Origin: Candidatus Heimdallarchaeota archaeon B3_Heim
Lineage (GTDB): Archaea; Asgardarchaeota; Heimdallarchaeia; Hodarchaeales; Hodarchaeaceae
Length of the DNA: 32,000 nt
Direction: 5' to 3'
NCBI GenBank assembly: GCA_003144275.1
Contig: NJBF01000036.1
Coordinates: forward strand, 1 to 32,000
Shown here: piece after piece, positions 1-8,881 of the stretch
How the letters are laid out: each line of letters opens with the position of its first letter
Numbering within the stretch: the first letter of the stretch is position 1
Made by a program: the position numbers and the translations under genes
The notes under the pieces: generated by a model
Told to the model about the DNA's origin: nothing
The model's database searches: none
What the model saw: the letters and a program-made list of their open reading frames with translations, nothing else

Positions 1-46
1 TCTTTCCCTCATTTTTACCTTCTTTTATCTTTCCCTCCAGTGTCAT
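1..46 (-). CDS. 5' end of a gene running off the left edge; possibly CTP-dependent riboflavin kinase (RibK/DUF120)-like
   Basis: ATG at 46 reads MTLEGKIKEGKNEGK to the edge with no stop. This resembles the GxVxxGxGEG N-terminal motif of archaeal riboflavin kinases, but only 15 codons are visible. Confidence 0.3.
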   Translation of the reverse strand, partial: MTLEGKIKEGKNEGK

Positions 47-337
47 TCACTTTCTTTTAACGATTATAATGCTTTTTTAGCAATTTTCCTCCCCATAGCT
101 TAGTTACAACAATTTAGACGAAATCTCATATCGTTAAACTTCATAGAAACGAATTTGAAACTTTCCTCCTCTCAAAGTATATGAAATACTCTGATTCTAG
201 TCTGTAAACCAAGGTAAAAGCATATTGTACTTGTGATGACCACTCAATCCTGTAGGAAAATTTTAATAGCTGACTTTCAAAATTAAGAAGGTTCATTTTA
301 GAATTATGTAAATGGAACATTAAAGGAGGAAATTTAT

Positions 338-730
338 TTGTTGTTTAAAGAAAAAATTCAATCTATTAAGCTAAAATACGTTTTACTTTTTCATACCGTT
401 GTAGCTCTCTCTTTTGGGATTTCTTTTATCTTCTTTCCCGAAATTTTACTTCCTATGTTAACTATTTCGGTCGAAACGGGATCTCTTTACGGTTTTCGTC
501 TCTTCGGGAGTGTGGTCCTCGGTGTTGCACTTCTTGCATTTTGTATTCGCAATGAAGAACCATCATCAGCTCGACAATCTGTCTTATTGTTCTTTGTCTT
601 TGGGTTTTTTATCATGACTATCATACATTTCTTATATGCAGATTTGACTAATCTTATGAATTGGAGTATAATTATCATGCATTTGGGATTTGTCTTAGTC
701 TATGGATATTTCTTCTATCGGAATCGGTAA
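338..730 (+). CDS. Hypothetical integral membrane protein (about 4 TM segments)
   Basis: TTG start 8 nt after AGGAGG; four hydrophobic stretches; no family recognised. Confidence 0.75.
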   Translation: MLFKEKIQSIKLKYVLLFHTVVALSFGISFIFFPEILLPMLTISVETGSLYGFRLFGSVVLGVALLAFCIRNEEPSSARQSVLLFFVFGFFIMTIIHFLYADLTNLMNWSIIIMHLGFVLVYGYFFYRNR

Positions 731-735
731 AAGGA

Positions 736-2028
736 TTATTGTAACTCCATAAGTCTCTTTTTGGCTTCATCAAGCAGTGTTTCGACCTGTCTGCTTGATG
801 ACCCTGTCCCGAGTACAGATATTTTACCGTCAGAAATAGGCCCAACATTGAAGGGTAAAATGACGCCTGTGGTCTGTTCACCATCGTAAAGAAGTGCATC
901 CCAAACCCGTTCAAGATCAGCAAATGCTAAACCTTTTCGAGGCATATGCATATTTTCAGACCTGGCAGCATCTATTCTTCCATTTCGATTCTCCAGACGA
1001 GTTACAAGTTCCCATGGGTACATCGATCCAGTAACACGAGGATTACATTCAGCAGCAAAAAATCCGTCTTTTGTTTCAATATAGTCTAGACCAAAGGGCC
1101 CTATGTACCCTTCACTGACAAAATGCTGTGCAACTTTATAGGAAAGCCTTTTCACTTCCTGTTCATCAAAATAAAACGGAAACTCATTTCCCATATGGGA
1201 AGTTTCCTCATCTAGTATCTGGTTTGAGGTCTTAAGATGTAAAATTTTCTTATTTTTTGATATAAACCAAACTGAGGAGGGATTCGATTGTGTCTCATAA
1301 AAAGGTTCCACCATATACCGATCACCAGGTTGGCTATGATGAATAAGTTCCTTCAAAAGAGGTGAAGTCAGATCTTCAATAACATAGGTAGTTGATGCAG
1401 ACGCTCCATATTCCCCTCTAAGAATGACTTTTCCTGTCTCTAGCAGTTCTCTTCTAACAACTTCAACTAATGCTATTAAACACTGTTCACTTTTTGAATT
1501 AACCGTAAAGATTACTTCATCAATGACGGGAACACCAATTTTCCGACAAGCGTTTTTAAAATTGATTTTACTGTCAAATTTTCTTACTACATGAGGAAAG
1601 GAATACATTTCCAGATCTAAATATGTAGAAACTTGTTGCTCTAGGAGTCCTCCGAAATATGGACTCAGAACTGCTTTTTTTTGTCGATTTCCTAAATGCG
1701 ATCGAATAGTGTATTTTGTCCCATTTTTCAAGATTCGTTCAGGCAACGTTTCTTTTGGATTACCATCTAAGACAATAATTCGGTTTGTTCCGAGATTTAC
1801 GCTTTGGAGCCACTTCAAATATGATTTCTCAGGATGTGTTTTTGTAAGAATCACATCGTTGGGTCTAGCTATCGATATAGCACGATCATACCTCTCAATC
1901 CCTTCTACTTGGGTTATAATCTTTGAGAAATTCGGTAAAGTATTGATTTCGTGAAGAAATACCACTGGAGAACCTAACTGGTCAACGAAGGATCCGCAAT
2001 CCTCAAAAGAATTGTTGTCTTCACTCAA
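736..2028 (-). CDS. ATP-grasp ligase with N-terminal pre-ATP-grasp domain (PGM1-like amino acid/peptide ligase)
   Basis: FDSKINFKNACRKIGVP, VILRGEYGASAS, YMVEPF and GPFGLDYI...AAECNPRVTGS match ATP-grasp motifs. The TTG start overlaps the TGA of the upstream radical SAM gene (TTGA). Confidence 0.8.
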   Translation of the reverse strand: MSEDNNSFEDCGSFVDQLGSPVVFLHEINTLPNFSKIITQVEGIERYDRAISIARPNDVILTKTHPEKSYLKWLQSVNLGTNRIIVLDGNPKETLPERILKNGTKYTIRSHLGNRQKKAVLSPYFGGLLEQQVSTYLDLEMYSFPHVVRKFDSKINFKNACRKIGVPVIDEVIFTVNSKSEQCLIALVEVVRRELLETGKVILRGEYGASASTTYVIEDLTSPLLKELIHHSQPGDRYMVEPFYETQSNPSSVWFISKNKKILHLKTSNQILDEETSHMGNEFPFYFDEQEVKRLSYKVAQHFVSEGYIGPFGLDYIETKDGFFAAECNPRVTGSMYPWELVTRLENRNGRIDAARSENMHMPRKGLAFADLERVWDALLYDGEQTTGVILPFNVGPISDGKISVLGTGSSSRQVETLLDEAKKRLMELQ

Positions 2029-3548
2029 CTAGTTACCCCCGTTTCGAAGGAATGGTACAAATGAGTCAATTGCTCCACTTTATGTTGATCTTGTAAGAAG
2101 TCAGATGCAGTTTGCTCAAAAAACCATGAAGTAAGGTCTTGGATGGATTTCCCATCCAGAACGTCAAGTTGATCTTTGAGAAATGTCTGAAACTGGATAT
2201 AATAATCTACGAGCCGTAATCCTTGACCATTTTGGTGCTGAAATAGATCAAAAAAACTCTGCTTTAAATTCGATGTCCTATGAAGCAAATAAATTAAGAA
2301 AGCTAGCTCTTTTGCTTGGTTATATTCGAATTGAGGAAAGCTCTCATTTGAAATTAATTTATGAGGAGGCTCCTCCATATATTCAATACCATATTCACTC
2401 GGATTCTTATATAAGTCACTCCCAGGTAGACACAGTAATTCGTGGAAATAGATTCCTTCTGGTTTCAATTTTAGTACAAAATCAACACTATCAATGAATT
2501 GTGAGTAATTGTCCCCAGGTAATCCAATAATTAAACTAAACCAAAATTCAACAGCTTTATTCTGTTGCCTTATCAATTTAATGTTTTTTCGATAAAGCTC
2601 TGCATTAAACTTTCTCTTTATCCGACTAAGTACTTCAGGCGCGGTTGATTGCACCCCAAATGCGAATTCTTCATTGTTCAGCTGGCTAATCAGTTCAACT
2701 ATTCGCTCATTGGTTAAGTATTCGGGACTCACTTCAAATGTAACAGGTTTTTTATGTTTATTAGCTTCTATTAAAAAGTTCAATAACTCTAAGGATCTTT
2801 CTTTTCGTAAAAATGGATTGGAATCCGTGATATAGACCGTTCTGACCTTAGGATGGTTGAATAAAAATTCGAAAGCTGGTTTTATTTTTTCTAGACTGAA
2901 ATATTTCATCTTTCTTTCTCCCCAAGTACAGTAAGCACACGAAAATGGACATCCTCTAGAAGTTTCAATCGCGGCCCTAACAGGTGTTTTACTGTTCTCT
3001 AAATAGTTTCGATAATCTTGACTTTCATATGGTAAAACGAGATCATCAAGATTCTTCATTTGAGCTTCTGGATTGCTTAAAACCATTCCATTTTTTCGAT
3101 ATATTAGACCTGGAACCGTGCTTAAGTCCTTAGTTGTTAAAAACGATTTGAATGCATATTCTCCTTCCCCGTTGAACACAAAATCAACAAAATCATATTT
3201 CACTAGAATCTGTTCAGCTAAACCACTTGCTTCGGGTCCTCCTAAGACGATAATTCTTTTCGGATTCGTTTCTTTCAATTTTCCAGCGAGAACAAGAATT
3301 TTCTCAAAATTCCAAACATAGGCTGTAAACCCGTATATCTGTTCATTACCAGTCTCTAAGTCCTGAAAAATATCCTCGTTCGAAGTATTAATATCATATT
3401 GGGAAATATGTACCGAAAATTTCTTTGAAATCTCAGGATCCTTAAGGATATAACTTTTAATACTAACAGGGGCAAGAGATAGATCTCGACCTGGAAAGCT
3501 TATTGAAACAAGCTTGATTGATGTAATTTGGCTATCGTTGAATTTCAT
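2025..3548 (-). CDS. Cobalamin-binding radical SAM protein (class B methyltransferase-like)
   Basis: N-terminal B12-binding domain (GFTAYVWN, VLGGPEAS, NGEGE); ETSRGCPFSCAYC gives CxxxCxxC; downstream FGVQS and IIGLPGD motifs. Confidence 0.92.
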   Translation of the reverse strand: MKFNDSQITSIKLVSISFPGRDLSLAPVSIKSYILKDPEISKKFSVHISQYDINTSNEDIFQDLETGNEQIYGFTAYVWNFEKILVLAGKLKETNPKRIIVLGGPEASGLAEQILVKYDFVDFVFNGEGEYAFKSFLTTKDLSTVPGLIYRKNGMVLSNPEAQMKNLDDLVLPYESQDYRNYLENSKTPVRAAIETSRGCPFSCAYCTWGERKMKYFSLEKIKPAFEFLFNHPKVRTVYITDSNPFLRKERSLELLNFLIEANKHKKPVTFEVSPEYLTNERIVELISQLNNEEFAFGVQSTAPEVLSRIKRKFNAELYRKNIKLIRQQNKAVEFWFSLIIGLPGDNYSQFIDSVDFVLKLKPEGIYFHELLCLPGSDLYKNPSEYGIEYMEEPPHKLISNESFPQFEYNQAKELAFLIYLLHRTSNLKQSFFDLFQHQNGQGLRLVDYYIQFQTFLKDQLDVLDGKSIQDLTSWFFEQTASDFLQDQHKVEQLTHLYHSFETGVTS

Positions 3549-3936
3549 AAGTCCTCATGATAATGCACCTCTGGTAAGTAAAAATTATAAAAACTGGAGT
3601 ATCTCCACGTTCTAGGAACTAATTTACTAAAAGAGACGGAGTATTTTCTAGATTTGAAGGCGGTTTGACTGTGAAAAATTAATTTCTTGATCCCTTCTTG
3701 TCATTTTTAACTCCAAACGTCCCCTTTCTTTCAGAGTATTTAAACCTTTTTTTATTTACACTCGCTCTTTTTTATCAGATTCAGAATTCACTACCAAGTT
3801 TATCAGACTGGATTGTTGATGATAACCGTTTTTTTTCACCCACGCTTCAGAACTGCTAACGAACAGAAAATGTGACCAACTAGTATCTTTTTTCTGTTTC
3901 TGGAAAAAGAAAAAAGCAAGGAGGTGGGTAAAAACC

Positions 3937-4680
3937 CTATCTTCTTTTATGGTAAACGAGTGCGAGACTAAATAGACTAATCAGCAGAAAAATTCCTTGA
4001 AATCCTGGGGTACTATCCGTAATGGTAGTAGAGGGATTCTCTTGAGTAGTAGTTTTAGTCTGTTGAGGCGTACCGATAGTTATAATTGATGATCCTCTAG
4101 CTCCACCATGGTATTCACTGAAACTGTCTGATGCACCATAAGCCCAAATGATATCAATTTCACCTTCAACGGGGATATTTTTATCATAATTTTCGTCACC
4201 AGTTGAAAGGAGACGAGTGAATTCTATGCTAGTGCTTGTTGCATTTTCTATCCCATTATAAGAAAGAATGTCATCAGTTCCTCCAAGATCGGTATCAAGT
4301 GGATGATTACCCCCCGTTGGATTGAGGGAAAAAGCATCGATAATTACTACGGTCCCATTTGCCTCTACCCACGCATATATTATGTCGGCGTCTTGCATTT
4401 GGGTTGTTGGATCAAAACCGATTGCAACCCATCCTGTGGTTTGTGCTACAATTCCAATTGAAATACTTGTGGCATCTATGAGCTCCCAAGAGAGTTCAAA
4501 TGCTCCACTACCAAAAGATTTTGACGAATTATATTCTCCGGAATTAATGATTCCATCGATTACTGGAGCTTGCAGTACTTCAAAGTTAATTTCTTGTGCA
4601 CTCGCTATTTGAGTTCCAGCAATGAGAAGACTGAAAAATATGAATATAGAAGTAATTTCGATATGTTTTTTTTGTAACAT
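3937..4680 (-). CDS. Exported DOMON-domain protein with Thr-rich linker and PGF-CTERM-like membrane anchor
   Basis: GWVAIGF..TTQMQDADII, EFTRLL.TGD and WAYG..EYHG motifs; signal peptide; C-terminus TPGFQGIFLLISLFSLALVYHKRR. Start set at ATG 4680, which follows GGTGA (ORF track begins at 4737). Confidence 0.88.
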   Translation of the reverse strand: MLQKKHIEITSIFIFFSLLIAGTQIASAQEINFEVLQAPVIDGIINSGEYNSSKSFGSGAFELSWELIDATSISIGIVAQTTGWVAIGFDPTTQMQDADIIYAWVEANGTVVIIDAFSLNPTGGNHPLDTDLGGTDDILSYNGIENATSTSIEFTRLLSTGDENYDKNIPVEGEIDIIWAYGASDSFSEYHGGARGSSIITIGTPQQTKTTTQENPSTTITDSTPGFQGIFLLISLFSLALVYHKRR

Positions 4681-4749
4681 GAAGTTCACCAATTTAGCGT
4701 ATGATACGGAACACTTAGAAGCAAATTTTAAAGACAATTTCCAATGAAT

Positions 4750-4764
4750 CTCGAAAATTTCGAG
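4750..4764. promoter_or_regulatory. Perfect inverted repeat, candidate operator
   Basis: CTCGAAA-A-TTTCGAG in the TSUP-DOMON intergenic gap, upstream of the DOMON start. Confidence 0.4.
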
Positions 4765-4856
4765 AATCGAAGCACTAATTAATGGGGATTGAAGCGAAAA
4801 ATGATTCCAAAGGAAAGACTAGCATTTCAGAGGCATCGATGAAGGTAAAGGTTCAG

Positions 4857-5735
4857 CTAAAATATTCCTAACCCTTTCAACATCATTATCAAACCAAATA
4901 AAATGAATATTGCAATCATTAATTTATCAGATGTTTCGGAACTAACACGCGTTGCTATTCGTGGTCCTATTTGCCCACCAATTAATACTCCAGGGATAGT
5001 GAATATAACCAACTCCCAAGGAACAGATTCTATTCCAACTAATAACGTATCAGCTAAAGTGGCAATAAGAACTGTAATCGTGACAACAAATACTGATGTA
5101 CCAGCAGCTATTTTCATAGGTAAGCCACACCGTACACGAAGAGTAGTGATTGCCGACTCTCCTATTCCAAAACTAATAAATCCAGCAGCAAAACCACCTA
5201 TACCATTTAATAATCTTCCCTGCCGAGCATTACATACTTTGTACTCATATTTGTTATTTTCACTATCTAAAATAACCCTACTGGGATCAGATGATTTTGA
5301 AACAGGTGAACCATGTTTTTCCTTCCTTTTATTAATTATTATATAAATTGTTAAAATCCAAAGTCCTAACCCAAAAAGAAGACTCAAGACTTCATTTAAG
5401 TCAAAATCTTCGATTACACGTTTGGCTACCACTCCGACAATTCCTGCAGGGATTGAAATGGCTAAGATTGTCATACCAGTCTTGAAGTCAATCAATTTTC
5501 TTCTAGAATATCCAAACAATCCACTAGCAAAACCAAACACTTCAGTTAATAACGCAGCCCCAAATGCATCAGCTGGAGAAAGAATGGGAACCCCTATAAT
5601 AGGAAAAAGGATAATGAATATAGGAGAAAAGAACAGTGCACCACCAATTCCAAGGGTCATTGCAATGGACGCAACTATTATCGCAATAGGAAACATGAAC
5701 CAATATACTAATAGATCTATCATTTCTTTAGCCAC
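4857..5735 (-). CDS. TSUP (TauE/SafE) family sulfite/organosulfur exporter
   Basis: GIGGALFFSP, FASGLFGYSRRKLIDFK, GIGES, AAGTS and GVLIGGQIG motifs; many TM helices. Confidence 0.9.
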   Translation of the reverse strand: MAKEMIDLLVYWFMFPIAIIVASIAMTLGIGGALFFSPIFIILFPIIGVPILSPADAFGAALLTEVFGFASGLFGYSRRKLIDFKTGMTILAISIPAGIVGVVAKRVIEDFDLNEVLSLLFGLGLWILTIYIIINKRKEKHGSPVSKSSDPSRVILDSENNKYEYKVCNARQGRLLNGIGGFAAGFISFGIGESAITTLRVRCGLPMKIAAGTSVFVVTITVLIATLADTLLVGIESVPWELVIFTIPGVLIGGQIGPRIATRVSSETSDKLMIAIFILFGLIMMLKGLGIF

Positions 5736-5751
5736 TCTAAGTGAAGATGTT

Positions 5752-7167
5752 TTATATTGGGGGTGTATACTGGTTAACAGGCTTTAACCGTGCGAACGCC
5801 CTTTCCACTACTTGGCTTAGCGAGGGGTGGATATGCATTCCATTCAATATTGGAGAAAATGTTCTCTCTTTTGTATACAGTTGAGTAATAATCTCTTGTA
5901 TTAAGATACTTGCATAAGGCCCAATTATATGAGCGCCTAAAATTTTGGCCGTGTCTTTTTCGGTAATTACTTTCACAAAGAAATCTTTCGATTCCATAGC
6001 CCGTCCATACCCAGTATTTTCATATCGGATACTCCCAATCAATATGTTCTCTTCTCCATATTGCTCTACTGCTTCTTTTTGGCGTAATCCAACAGCAGCA
6101 ATTTCTGGGTAAGTAAAAATCGCATGAGGAATTGCATGATAATCAACTTTTTCATGTTTATTTAGGAAAGCATTCTTATAGACAATTTCAGTCTCATAAT
6201 TGGCTTTGTGTTTAAGTAAGAATTTTCCATTTGCATCTCCAAACGCATAAATATTCTTTTGAGAGGTCTCTAAATATTCATCAACTAAAATCCATCCTCT
6301 CTTATCTGTCTCAACTCCAGACTTTTCTGTCTGAAGGAGATAAGAGTTCGATCGTCTTCCAGTCGCAATTATTACTTCGTCTCCTGTATAAGACTTAGTT
6401 TCTCCTGATGCACGGTTTTTAACTATTAATTGCTTACCATCTGCAGTTGCTTTGGCTTTTGTTACTTCTGAATTTGTGATAATGGTAAGATAATTAGATA
6501 ATATTTTTCGAGCTAATTTTGATACTTCGGGCTCTTCCTGAGGAAGGAATTGAGGGTTTCTACCAATAATAATGACCTCTGAACCCATTGCTGAATAGAA
6601 ATGCCCAAGTTCAGCAGCAATATACCCACCTCCTACAATTAAAATTTTTCTAGGAAGCTCTGGAAGAGAATTTTCTAGGAAGATAGTCTTGCTTGTATGA
6701 TACTCTATTGAATCTATATCAACAATTGGGGGAATTGAGATATCACTTCCTAGACATAATAGAATTTTATCCCCTTTAATTATTTCATTGTTAATTTTGA
6801 TTGTATATTTGTCTATAAAAGCTCCTACACCACGATAGTAGTCCACTTGGCTGGCATTGTTAAATTTTGATTTAGTTTTTTGAATATTAGATTGAATCTC
6901 TTTCTGTACTTTACCCATTATTGTCTTATAATCAATACTTTCAATGTTAACAGTAATTCCATGTTTTTTTGCATGTTCAATATTTCTAATTACTATTCCA
7001 GGATAAATCAAGCGTTTAGAGGGAATACACCCTCTTATCAAGCAGACTCCACCTGGTTCATCTTTATCGATCATAGCAATTCTTATTTCAGGATTCTTAT
7101 TGATCAGGCGATCAATAATTCTCTTTGCGGATCCTGATCCGATCATAATAACATCATAGTTCTTCAT
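5752..7167 (-). CDS. Class I pyridine nucleotide-disulfide oxidoreductase, probably NADPH-dependent (glutathione/mycothione reductase-like rather than true E3)
   Basis: GGVCLIRGCIPSK redox disulfide; GGGYIAAE...IIGRN dinucleotide site; IYAFGD; C-terminal HPSLSQ. Confidence 0.85.
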   Translation of the reverse strand: MKNYDVIMIGSGSAKRIIDRLINKNPEIRIAMIDKDEPGGVCLIRGCIPSKRLIYPGIVIRNIEHAKKHGITVNIESIDYKTIMGKVQKEIQSNIQKTKSKFNNASQVDYYRGVGAFIDKYTIKINNEIIKGDKILLCLGSDISIPPIVDIDSIEYHTSKTIFLENSLPELPRKILIVGGGYIAAELGHFYSAMGSEVIIIGRNPQFLPQEEPEVSKLARKILSNYLTIITNSEVTKAKATADGKQLIVKNRASGETKSYTGDEVIIATGRRSNSYLLQTEKSGVETDKRGWILVDEYLETSQKNIYAFGDANGKFLLKHKANYETEIVYKNAFLNKHEKVDYHAIPHAIFTYPEIAAVGLRQKEAVEQYGEENILIGSIRYENTGYGRAMESKDFFVKVITEKDTAKILGAHIIGPYASILIQEIITQLYTKERTFSPILNGMHIHPSLSQVVERAFARLKPVNQYTPPI

Positions 7168-7218
7168 TAGGGGTACCTTCTCTTTTCACAACTGAAATGG
7201 ATTCATGATGGATTTTGT

Positions 7219-8154
7219 TTATAATGGAGCTAAACGACTAGTTTTTCGCTCATTAGATATGTAATCTGACTTTCCAAAAGGATGTCCCCCAAAACCATGT
7301 CTCATCATTGCTATGGCTCTATAAGTATCACTATCGCTCATCTCTCTTGCTCTCATTAATTCTGTAATTGAAATACTTATGACTGGAGTAGGGATTTCTT
7401 TATTGATCGCATCTTGTACCAGCCAATTAACTTCCCCAGTGTCTTCAATATAACTCTCTATGTCGCTCAATTTTTTTTCACGAAGACCTTTTTCCATCAG
7501 TTCAACCAACCAACTTCTAATAACAGACCCGTTTGACCAATTGAGAAATATCTTTTGTAGATCCAATTTAAATCCACTCGCTGTTAGTAATGAGACTCCT
7601 TCGCCAATAGCTTGAAGCATACCAAATTCTATTCCATTATGAACAAGTTTAACAAAATGTCCTGTTCCTGGAGCTCCTGTGTGGACATAACCATTTTCTA
7701 CAGCCAATTTTTTTAATATAGGTTCAGCAATCTGCACACCCTCCTTTTTACCTCCCACCATGAAGCATGCTCCATAACGAGCACCTTCCCAACCACCACT
7801 AGTCCCAGTGTCACAAAAATAAATGCCTTTGGCCTCAAGTTCACTTTCTCTTCGGATTGAATCCTGATAAAATGAGTTACCTCCATCTAATATTACATCA
7901 CCTTCCTCTAAAAATGGAGTTATTTCGGAGATCACCTGATCAATGATTTTCCCTGCAGGTAACGATAGATATACCACGCGCGGTTTGCTTAGCTCATTAA
8001 ACAGACTTTTGTAATCTAAGAAAACATGAACACCATATTTTTCGAGCTCTGGTTTTTGACTTCTTGCTTTCCCGTAAACCGTTATCCCTTTATCTACAGC
8101 TTGTTGTGCAAGATTTCCACCCATTTTGCCTAATCCAATAATTATTAGTTCCAC
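7219..8154 (-). CDS. gnd: 6-phosphogluconate dehydrogenase (decarboxylating), short YqeC/GntZ type
   Basis: IIGLGKMG, DGGNSFY, DTGTSGG, GTGHFVKLVHNGIEFG and MRHGFGGH. GTG 8154 lies 5 nt after AGGTGA (track start 8163). Confidence 0.92.
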   Translation of the reverse strand: MELIIIGLGKMGGNLAQQAVDKGITVYGKARSQKPELEKYGVHVFLDYKSLFNELSKPRVVYLSLPAGKIIDQVISEITPFLEEGDVILDGGNSFYQDSIRRESELEAKGIYFCDTGTSGGWEGARYGACFMVGGKKEGVQIAEPILKKLAVENGYVHTGAPGTGHFVKLVHNGIEFGMLQAIGEGVSLLTASGFKLDLQKIFLNWSNGSVIRSWLVELMEKGLREKKLSDIESYIEDTGEVNWLVQDAINKEIPTPVISISITELMRAREMSDSDTYRAIAMMRHGFGGHPFGKSDYISNERKTSRLAPL

Positions 8155-8193
8155 TATAATCACCTAATCGTTTGTTATATTTTGATTAACACA

Positions 8194-8814
8194 TTACTTA
8201 TCTTTAATTAAAACAGCTCTAGTAGGTGCTCCCTCACTGCCTATCATTTTTAGAGGAAAACCAATAAAGGTATATATCCCTGGAGTTACATGAGTTAATA
8301 CGAGTCCTTCATAAATAATAGTTCGGTTAGAAAGTAATAACTTGTGTGTATTTGTACTACCGATACTAAGATAATCAATCCCAATAGTTTTAACTTTTGA
8401 ATTAATCAAGAATTTTGCAGCCTCTAATGAAAGAGAAACAAAATCTTCTCTATAGTCACCCTTGATTATATTAGAATTCTTAGTTTTAAAAAGAATAATT
8501 GATTCTGGGTCAAATTCTTGCGTTTTTAGATGCTTCTCTGTTATTTCATTCCCAAATTCAATAGATGTCAAATCTAGGACTTGAGACCGTCCATAGAATC
8601 TTGTTAGTGGGATATCGGTAATGCTTTCTCCTTTGTTCAAAAAATGCAAAGGACTATCAAGATGACTCCCAGTATGGACTCCCATTTGTACTTCTGAGAG
8701 GTTCAAACTATCTCCTTTTGAGATGTCTAGCACAGAAGTCAGTTTAAATTGAGGGTCACCTGGATAAACTATCATATTTTGTTCCATTGCAAGAGAAATA
8801 TCAATGATTTTCAT
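8194..8814 (-). CDS. Cyclase family (kynurenine formamidase-like) metal hydrolase
   Basis: VYPGDP, HTGSHLDSPLHF, IGIDYLSI, H..LL, EGL and GAPTRAV motifs. Confidence 0.88.
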   Translation of the reverse strand: MKIIDISLAMEQNMIVYPGDPQFKLTSVLDISKGDSLNLSEVQMGVHTGSHLDSPLHFLNKGESITDIPLTRFYGRSQVLDLTSIEFGNEITEKHLKTQEFDPESIILFKTKNSNIIKGDYREDFVSLSLEAAKFLINSKVKTIGIDYLSIGSTNTHKLLLSNRTIIYEGLVLTHVTPGIYTFIGFPLKMIGSEGAPTRAVLIKDK

Positions 8815-8881
8815 TGGTCCACCTTAGAGATATTTTTGATTCATATTGGGCTTGAATTGAATACATTCTTATTCATATCAA

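Noticed and set aside
1-37. TCTTTCCCTC repeated at 1 and 28
   Set aside because: Explained by repeated Glu-Gly-Lys codons in the partial minus-strand ORF.
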